Assembly (NCBI GenBank): GCA_003170595.1
Contig: PMZA01000413.1
Location: 1 to 40,581, forward strand
Source of the DNA: Armatimonadota bacterium
GTDB taxonomy: Bacteria > Armatimonadota > Zipacnadia > Zipacnadales > FEN-943
Reading direction: 5' to 3'
Length of the DNA: 40,581 bases
Numbering within the stretch: position 1 is the first letter of the stretch; the number at the start of each line of letters is the position of its first letter. The notes under the pieces were generated by a model, which was not told the origin of the DNA, did no database searches, and worked only from the letters and a program-made list of their open reading frames with translations. This document shows, one piece after another, positions 34,834 through 40,581 of the stretch. The translations under genes and the position numbers were made by a program.

Positions 34834-36188
34834 TTCCCGCCGCCCTCCGGCTGCGAGAGGCTGACCGTGGTGAGAAGCATGGGGCGCGTCGGGAGGGTGA
34901 GGTCAAGGATGCGCGGGCAGGGCCTCGCCGCGAAAAGCTGCGAGCGCGTCACGGCCTCGGTGTTGCGCCAGACGCGGACCTGGCGCTTCGGGTCGGCGGG
35001 ATCGGGCTTGAGTTCGCTCGCCGTGTCGTTCATGAGCGCAAGCTCGGCGGTGATGGGGCGGCCGGCGACGAGGCCGAGCTTCGCCGTGTCGATGTGGATC
35101 GTGACCGTGCGCGGGGCGGGGTCGTGATCGAGGACGCTGACAACGGCCTGCGTTCCGTGGCGGAAGCCGAGGGCCTCGAAGTTGACGTCGGTGCGCCACC
35201 AGCGCGGCTCGACGGCGTCCTCGACGAGGCGGAGGTCGCGATAGTTGAGGGCTTCGCGCATCCACGGCAGGCGGCCCACCTCCGAGAGGCTTCCGCACCA
35301 GCCGTACAGGAGATCGTAGGCGGCCATGGACGGGTCGGCGGCGACGTTGCCGTAAGTCGGGACAACGACGAAGCCCGGCTCCTGGGAGAGCTTCGTGCGG
35401 AGCATGTCCACGGCGAGCTTCCGCCAGCCCGGGCCGGCGAGGGCCTGCCACTGCTCGTCGCGCCACTCGATGTAGCCGAGGTCGGTGTAGGGGAGGTTCG
35501 CGCCGTTGACGAAGATCGCGGCGTCGGGCTTGATCGACTGGAGACGCTCGCGGAGGGCGCGCATGTAGTCGAGCCAGTCGTAGCCCTGCGCGACCTGCCG
35601 CGTCGACCAGTCGGGGACCTCGCTCGAAAAGCCCGGGCCGTCCATGTAGTAGAAGTCGAAGCCCCAGGTCTTGAACTTGCCCGCGTGCATGTCGAGGAGG
35701 TACTCGCGGCAGGCTGGGTTGTCGATCTGAAAATAGAACGTCGGGCGGCCGCCGGAGTCGCTGGCAATGCCCGAGGTGATGAGGTTGCCCTCGAGGTCGC
35801 GGATGCCGAAGTCGGGATGCAGGCGATAGATGTCGGAGCGGTCGTCGAAGAGCGCGTTCGTGTACGCCGAGACGCGGGCGTTGGGGAACTCGTGGCGCCA
35901 GCCTGGGGCGATGCCGACGACGTCGGGATGGAGGTGCTTGGGCGGATCGCTGTCGGCCGCCCAGTTGCCCCAGGGCGGGTTGAGGAACCAGATGGTCGTC
36001 GTGACGAGGTCGGGCATGGCGGCGCGGTAGAAGGGATAGGTCTCGGGCGGGCCGAGGTACATGGCATCGCCGACGACGCGGTAGGGCCACTCGGGCTTGC
36101 GGAAATCCCAGAGCTTGCGGTAGTCCGGGAGCGACTGGTAATGGCGGTCGAGGGCGGTGAAGTCGCCGTCGAGGATGACCCAGCGCAT
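34830..36188 (-). CDS. Hypothetical protein with a glycoside-hydrolase-like TIM-barrel signature and no signal peptide. This is the conservative model from the first canonical ATG (452 aa); coding signal continues upstream to about 36431.
   Basis: KTWGFDFYYMDGPGF resembles the GH27/GH36-type (G-x-D-x-x-K-x-D) strand. This is the only protein-like part of the 1567-aa ORF 34830..39533. ATG 36188 is the first ATG/GTG/TTG in frame, yet the next 81 upstream codons have 89% GC3 and a protein-like translation with no canonical start. Confidence 0.6.
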   Translation of the reverse strand: MRWVILDGDFTALDRHYQSLPDYRKLWDFRKPEWPYRVVGDAMYLGPPETYPFYRAAMPDLVTTTIWFLNPPWGNWAADSDPPKHLHPDVVGIAPGWRHEFPNARVSAYTNALFDDRSDIYRLHPDFGIRDLEGNLITSGIASDSGGRPTFYFQIDNPACREYLLDMHAGKFKTWGFDFYYMDGPGFSSEVPDWSTRQVAQGYDWLDYMRALRERLQSIKPDAAIFVNGANLPYTDLGYIEWRDEQWQALAGPGWRKLAVDMLRTKLSQEPGFVVVPTYGNVAADPSMAAYDLLYGWCGSLSEVGRLPWMREALNYRDLRLVEDAVEPRWWRTDVNFEALGFRHGTQAVVSVLDHDPAPRTVTIHIDTAKLGLVAGRPITAELALMNDTASELKPDPADPKRQVRVWRNTEAVTRSQLFAARPCPRILDLTLPTRPMLLTTVSLSQPEGGGK

Positions 36189-36431
36189 CTCGGCGGAGAC
36201 CGGGCGGGAGGCTTTGAGATAGTCGACAAAGACGGTGTTGAGCCAACCCGCGGGCAGGGCTTTCGAGGCCCCGCGCAGGACGAAGCGGTCGTTGACCGAC
36301 CTGCGATAAGAGGCGAGGGTCAGGGAGAAGTCGGTGGCCGTCGCGAGCGGAGCGTCGCCGGTCGAGACCTGCTCCGCGATGACCTTCTCGGTCTTGGCGA
36401 CGACCTTGCCGGCGGCAACCTCGGCCGCCGG

Positions 36432-38870
36432 ATGCCGATAGTCAGCATGACCTCCGGCGGTCTGTGCTTCTCCAGGGACGGCCGCTTCCTCGTGGGCGCC
36501 GCCATGGATGAGATCGTAGTCTGCAGCATAGCGACCGGCGAGGTCGTGCGGAGGATGGAGTTCTCGCCCTACGGGACGACCGATATCGGCTTCGTGGCTG
36601 GGACCTACCTCGGCATGATGTCGGTCGAGATGGTCGGCGAGGCGCCGGAGAAGCAGCGCGGAACCGTGTATTTCGACCTCCAGACCGGGAAGCTGGGGCC
36701 GCGCAGCCAGGGCCTGCACCGGGCCGCCTTCGGCTCTCCCTTCGTCCTCAGCCCCCACTGGAAGATGCTGGCGGTCTTCTTGCCCGATGGGGCCCTGCAT
36801 TTGATGGACATGCTGACTTGGAAGGATGTCCCGGTGGCGGCGTCGCTGGCCCAGATGAAGGTCCAGGTTGTGGCGGTGTCTGACGACGGCGCCCGTCTGG
36901 CTGGGTTTGCGGGCGTGGACGGCAGGAATCTGTTCGGTTCCCTTCTCACAGCGAACGCGCCCCTCAAGGTCTGGGACGTTGCCACCGGCAAGGAGCTGTT
37001 CTCCCTGACTGGCATCGACTTCCTGGCGATGAGCGGCGACGGCAAGTTCGTCGCGGGCGTTGACGCTCGTGGGGCATGGAAGGACGCTGTGCCGGTCGTA
37101 GTGTGGGACGCGACAACCGGCAAAGAGAAGACGCGGTTCCGGGCGGCCATACCAGGGATGTACCAGGGCACGCTCCACTTCGACTTTGGGGGCTTCGGTC
37201 ACTTCACCCGGTGGGTGACCGCCGGGGCACTCAGCGATGACGGCGCGATCCTTGCGACGGCCTACGGCGGCGAGGTCGTCGTGGGGACGGTGGCGGACGG
37301 CAAGCAGACCGCCCGGTGGAAGGCGTCCGCCGGCACGTGTCAGTTGGCCATGAGCGCCGACGGCAAGCAGGTCGCCTCCCTGGACGTCGACGGACGAGTC
37401 GCCCTCTGGCGCGAGGGCAAGCCAGGCCCGATGGCGATCATGGCGGCCGTAGGCGTCGAGGACTACATCACCCTGCTCCCGGATTCCGGCTTCTACTGGG
37501 CCTCCAAGGGCGCCCTCGGGAAAGTGGCCTTCGCCCTCGGAACGCGGGCCCTGCCCTTCGATCAGTTCGACCTGACTCTGGATCGGCCGGACAAGGTCCT
37601 CGAGGCCTTCGGCTGCATTGATGAGCGGTACGTGGCGGCGGTCCGCCGGGCCTGCGATAAGCGCCGTCGGCAGGCGGGGTTGTCGGAGGACGAGCGCGCC
37701 GGTGCTGGGTCGAAGCTGCCCGAGGTCGAGGTCGACGCCACGGCCGTCCCGGTCTCCACGCCTGAGAGGCGGGTCAAGCTCGGCGTGAAGGCGCGCGCCG
37801 AGGACTGCCTGCTCGCGAAGCTCAACGTGTGGATGAATGGCGTCCCGATCTACGGCCGGGCGGGCATCGACCTGAGGGAACGCAAGACCCATGAGCACGC
37901 CCAGGACCTGGAGGTCGACCTCTCGGCGGGCCGCAACGAGATTCAGATATCGGCGCTCAACGAGCACGGCGTCGAGAGCCTCCGCGAGACCGTGGTCGTC
38001 AACTGCGAGGCGCAGGCGCAACCAGACCTCTACGTGCTGGCCATCGGTGTGGCCCACTATCGCGACCAGAAGCACAACCTGACCTATTCGGACAAGGACG
38101 CCAGGGACGTGGCGGCGTTCTTCAGGGACAACGCTGGCACCTTCGCCCACGTCTATGTCAAGACGATCCTCGACGAGGAGGCGACGCGCGAGAAGATCGC
38201 GGCGGCCAAGGAGTTCCTGGCCAAGGCGGGCGTGGACGACGAGGTCGTCGTGTTCTTCGCCGGCCACGGCCTGCTGGATAAGCAGTTGGACTACTACTTC
38301 GGCACCTGGGACATGGACTTCGCCGACCCGGCCAGGGGAGGGCTCTCTTATGAGGACATGGACGCCCTGCTTGACGGCCTTCGGGCGCGGCGGAAGCTCA
38401 TGCTCATCGATACCTGCCACGCGGGTGAGGTGGACAAAGACGACGCGGCGGCCCCGCTCGTGCCGCTGACAGGGCCGGGCGCCCAGAGGCGTGGTGACGA
38501 GGCCGCCCTGGGGCCGGGCGTGGTCGCCCGCGCAACGCTGGCGGGTGTGGTGCCGGTCGGCCTGAGCCACTCGCTGGAGCTGGTGAGCGATCTGTTCGTG
38601 GACGTGCGGCGAGGCACGGGCGCCCACGTCATATCGGCCGCCGGAGGCGCGGAATACGCTCTGGAGTCCGGCGAGTGGGGAAACGGGGTCTTTACCTCTT
38701 CGGTGTTGAGCGGACTCAAAGCAAAGGCCGCCGATGCCGATCACGACGGCGTGGTGACCGTGTCGGAGCTGCGCTCCTTCGTGGCCAAGATGGTCGAGAC
38801 GCTCACCCACGGGCGGCAACGGCCGACCTCGCGGCAGGAGAACCTCGAAGCGGACTTCGCCGTGTACTAG
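36432..38870 (+). CDS. WD40-like 7-blade beta-propeller + Ig-like domain + caspase-family (peptidase C14) protease, with no signal peptide (812 aa)
   Basis: GC3 switches to 88% exactly at ATG 36432; an alternative ATG lies at 36447. About seven blades are visible (e.g. LCFSRDGRFLVGAAMDEIVVCSIATGE, LKVWDVATGKE, VVVWDATTGKE, LAMSADGKQVASLDVDGRVALW). The caspase p20-like core is LYVLAIGVAHY...VVVFFAGHG (His612, codon 38265-38267) and LMLIDTCHAG (Cys662, codon 38415-38417). The p10-like tail is NGVFTSSVLSGLKAKAADADHDGVVTVSELRSFV. Confidence 0.85.
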   Translation: MPIVSMTSGGLCFSRDGRFLVGAAMDEIVVCSIATGEVVRRMEFSPYGTTDIGFVAGTYLGMMSVEMVGEAPEKQRGTVYFDLQTGKLGPRSQGLHRAAFGSPFVLSPHWKMLAVFLPDGALHLMDMLTWKDVPVAASLAQMKVQVVAVSDDGARLAGFAGVDGRNLFGSLLTANAPLKVWDVATGKELFSLTGIDFLAMSGDGKFVAGVDARGAWKDAVPVVVWDATTGKEKTRFRAAIPGMYQGTLHFDFGGFGHFTRWVTAGALSDDGAILATAYGGEVVVGTVADGKQTARWKASAGTCQLAMSADGKQVASLDVDGRVALWREGKPGPMAIMAAVGVEDYITLLPDSGFYWASKGALGKVAFALGTRALPFDQFDLTLDRPDKVLEAFGCIDERYVAAVRRACDKRRRQAGLSEDERAGAGSKLPEVEVDATAVPVSTPERRVKLGVKARAEDCLLAKLNVWMNGVPIYGRAGIDLRERKTHEHAQDLEVDLSAGRNEIQISALNEHGVESLRETVVVNCEAQAQPDLYVLAIGVAHYRDQKHNLTYSDKDARDVAAFFRDNAGTFAHVYVKTILDEEATREKIAAAKEFLAKAGVDDEVVVFFAGHGLLDKQLDYYFGTWDMDFADPARGGLSYEDMDALLDGLRARRKLMLIDTCHAGEVDKDDAAAPLVPLTGPGAQRRGDEAALGPGVVARATLAGVVPVGLSHSLELVSDLFVDVRRGTGAHVISAAGGAEYALESGEWGNGVFTSSVLSGLKAKAADADHDGVVTVSELRSFVAKMVETLTHGRQRPTSRQENLEADFAVY

Positions 38871-38889
38871 ACGCGGGAGGTTGGTGGCG

Positions 38890-40566
38890 ATGAAGCATGA
38901 CCACTGTCGGACCATGAGAACAACGCTCGCCGCGGCCGGGTCATGTCTGATAGCCACGCTGGTGCTCCTTGCAGCAGCCCTCGCGGCCGACACGTCGCCG
39001 CGCCAGGCAGCACGGCTCGTGGTGCAGACCGGCCACACTGATGTTGTTGCAACCGTCGCCTTCTCCCCCGACGGCAAGCTGATTCTCACCGGCAGCAACG
39101 ACGGCTCAGCCCGCCTCTGGGAAGTTCGCACGGGGCAGGAGATCCGCCGCCTCACGGGCCGCGGATGCCAGCGCGTGACTGCCGTAGCGTTCTCGCTAGA
39201 CGGCCAGTTGGCTGCCACCGCGGAACTCACCGAGCAGACCGATCCCATCGTAGACTTCTGGGATCCCGCCACGGGCGCCTCGAAGGGCCGGCTCGCCGTC
39301 GCTGGCGGACGAATGCTCTTTGCCCTGGCTTTCTCGCCGGACGGGCACACGGTGCTGGTGGGCGGAGTCGACAATACTGCTCGGCTCTGCGACATCGCCA
39401 CTGGCCGCGAGCTTCTCAAGTTGGCGGGCTTCACCATGGCGGTCACGAGTGCTTCGTTCTCGCCGGACGGGAAGTTGGCGCTGACCGCCGCCGAACTCGG
39501 CGAGGCCCTAGTCTGGGATGCGCGAACCGGCAAGCGGGTTAGCTTTGCCGATTACCGTCCGTCGTCGGAGTTGGGGCTTGGCGTAGCCTCTGCCGACGCC
39601 CGCTACACGGAGACCAGCGTTGACGACAACACGGTCAGGCTCTGGGACAACGCCACCGGCAGACCCGCGGCTCGTTTCTCGCCCCACCAGGAAGGCCTTC
39701 CTGCGGGACTGGCCGTCACTCCCGACGCCCGCACTCTGGCCGAACTCCACCCCACGGGCATCTCCCTCTATGACATCACCAGCGCTAGACTGCTTCGGGA
39801 GATCAAGTTCCCCACGGGTGCCTTCAAGTATAGGGATCATGCCATCTACTCCCCCGATGGGCGGTACCTGTTCATCTACGGCGGCAGTTCCGAGCCCCTG
39901 AACTCGCCACAACTATGGGATACGGAGACGGGTGCGAAGCTGCAGGACCTGGCCGGGCGCGTCACCCCTGTGGGCAGTCTGGCCTGGTGTGGCGGTGATG
40001 CGGACCTGCTGGCAACTGACTGGCGCGGCACGACCGTACGATGGGACGTGTCCTCCGCGCGCGCACTGCGCCGTTTCCAGACCTTCGGGTGGCGGTCTCC
40101 GACGGCGATGACACCCGACGGACGCCTCGTGCTGGTAGCCGCCGTGCTCTGTGACGCCCAGACCGGCCGCGAAGTCCGGCGCTTCCAGGACTCGGCGACG
40201 AAGACCATCAACGACCTCGCGCTGTCCCAGGACGGCCGCTGCGCCGCAGTCGTCTGGCCTCCCCCGGATTGGAAGCCGACGAACGGTCTGCCCGACACCG
40301 GCGACGCTTTGGTCATCTTCTGGGACACGGAGACCGGTCGAGAGCTGTGTCACTTCCGAGACGAAGACGGCCTGGGTCGCCTCAACTGTCCGCGCGCCTT
40401 CTCGTCTCAATGCCTTTTCGCTCAATCCGTCGGGCTCAATGGGCTCAGGGTTGTCGTCTGGGACCCCCGCCGCGCGCGTCAGGTGGCGCAGCTCGACGGG
40501 CACACGCAAACGGTCACGTACATCGCCTTCTGCCTCGACGGCACCAGCCTCCTGACCCAGGCCTAG
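38890..40566 (+). CDS. Signal-peptide/N-terminal-anchor WD40 repeat protein, about 12-14 blades (558 aa)
   Basis: GGGAGG (38874-38879) lies 10 nt upstream of the ATG at 38890, only 19 nt after the caspase gene stop. The hydrophobic N-terminus is LAAAGSCLIATLVLLAAALAAD. There are canonical repeats (GHTDVVATVAFSPDGKLILTGSNDGSARLWEV) and many degenerate ones (VRLWDN, ALVWDA, VIFWDT, VVVWDP). Stop codon TAG at 40564-40566. Confidence 0.85.
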   Translation: MKHDHCRTMRTTLAAAGSCLIATLVLLAAALAADTSPRQAARLVVQTGHTDVVATVAFSPDGKLILTGSNDGSARLWEVRTGQEIRRLTGRGCQRVTAVAFSLDGQLAATAELTEQTDPIVDFWDPATGASKGRLAVAGGRMLFALAFSPDGHTVLVGGVDNTARLCDIATGRELLKLAGFTMAVTSASFSPDGKLALTAAELGEALVWDARTGKRVSFADYRPSSELGLGVASADARYTETSVDDNTVRLWDNATGRPAARFSPHQEGLPAGLAVTPDARTLAELHPTGISLYDITSARLLREIKFPTGAFKYRDHAIYSPDGRYLFIYGGSSEPLNSPQLWDTETGAKLQDLAGRVTPVGSLAWCGGDADLLATDWRGTTVRWDVSSARALRRFQTFGWRSPTAMTPDGRLVLVAAVLCDAQTGREVRRFQDSATKTINDLALSQDGRCAAVVWPPPDWKPTNGLPDTGDALVIFWDTETGRELCHFRDEDGLGRLNCPRAFSSQCLFAQSVGLNGLRVVVWDPRRARQVAQLDGHTQTVTYIAFCLDGTSLLTQA

Positions 40567-40581
40567 CCCGGATTATGCATG

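Noticed and set aside
34764-36431. The upstream 556 codons of the 1368-aa plus-strand ORF 34764..38870, which would add a huge N-terminal extension to the WD40-caspase protein.
   Set aside because: The translation is Gly/Arg/Asp/Ala-rich and not protein-like. Its GC3 is only about 65%, against 89% for the in-phase minus frame. It lies in the codon-aligned antisense frame of a real minus-strand gene, and that frame rarely contains stop codons in GC-rich DNA.
36409-36431. The inverted repeat ccggcggc/gccgccgg at the strand-switch junction, considered as a recombinase site or a mobile-element terminal repeat.
   Set aside because: An 8-bp GC-only palindrome is expected by chance in DNA of this composition. 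I found no matching copy at the other end of the WD40 module within the window, and no integrase or transposase is present. I kept it only as a detail in the junction finding.
38914-38970. A possible lipoprotein lipobox (AAGSC) in the second WD40 protein.
   Set aside because: The Cys precedes the hydrophobic core (LIATLVLLAAALAA) rather than following it. This is a standard signal peptide or N-terminal anchor, not a lipobox.
36432-39533. The upstream ~1030 codons of the 1567-aa minus-strand ORF 34830..39533.
   Set aside because: This is the mirror image of the artefact above. The sequence is Arg/Pro/His-rich, its GC3 is about 54%, and it is antisense to the clearly genuine WD40-caspase and WD40 genes.
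1-40581. A search by eye for tRNA, rRNA, CRISPR repeats, transposase/integrase genes, toxin-antitoxin-sized gene pairs and reverse transcriptases.
   Set aside because: None was seen. All intergenic gaps are 245 bp or shorter, and no periodic direct repeats or characteristic motifs were found. A covariance-model scan would still be needed to exclude small ncRNAs.

Overview
The window is GC-rich: in the coding frames I counted by hand, about 88-89% of third codon positions are G or C. This composition also produces many long antisense 'shadow' ORFs in the six-frame track. I support 22 protein-coding genes, arranged in nine blocks of alternating strand. I found no rRNA, tRNA, CRISPR array, transposase or integrase.

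Positions 1-36188 form a dense carbohydrate-degradation island:
- a GH2 beta-mannosidase-like enzyme;
- a GH38 alpha-mannosidase;
- a GH106-like (rhamnosidase-type) enzyme;
- a DUF4838/GH20-like protein;
- two SGNH esterases and an alpha/beta-hydrolase;
- two right-handed beta-helix proteins and an FG-GAP propeller;
- several large secreted proteins of unknown family.

Three non-CAZyme genes sit inside it: a URO-D/MtaA-like protein with a zinc motif, a transglutaminase-fold Cys-His-Asp protein, and a tiny 4-TM protein. The island contains no regulator and no recognisable sugar transporter.

At 36431/36432 the coding strand flips with no intergenic DNA. From there to the window end lies a different module: a cytosolic protein with a 7-blade WD40-like propeller, an Ig-like region and a caspase (peptidase C14) domain with an intact His/Cys dyad, followed 19 nt later by a signal-peptide-bearing multi-blade WD40 protein. 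This pair, together with the abnormal junction, is my best candidate for an uncharacterised system.

All family assignments come from motif recognition by eye, not from database searches. The gene content resembles PVC-superphylum or Armatimonadota-type genomes, but that is only a guess.
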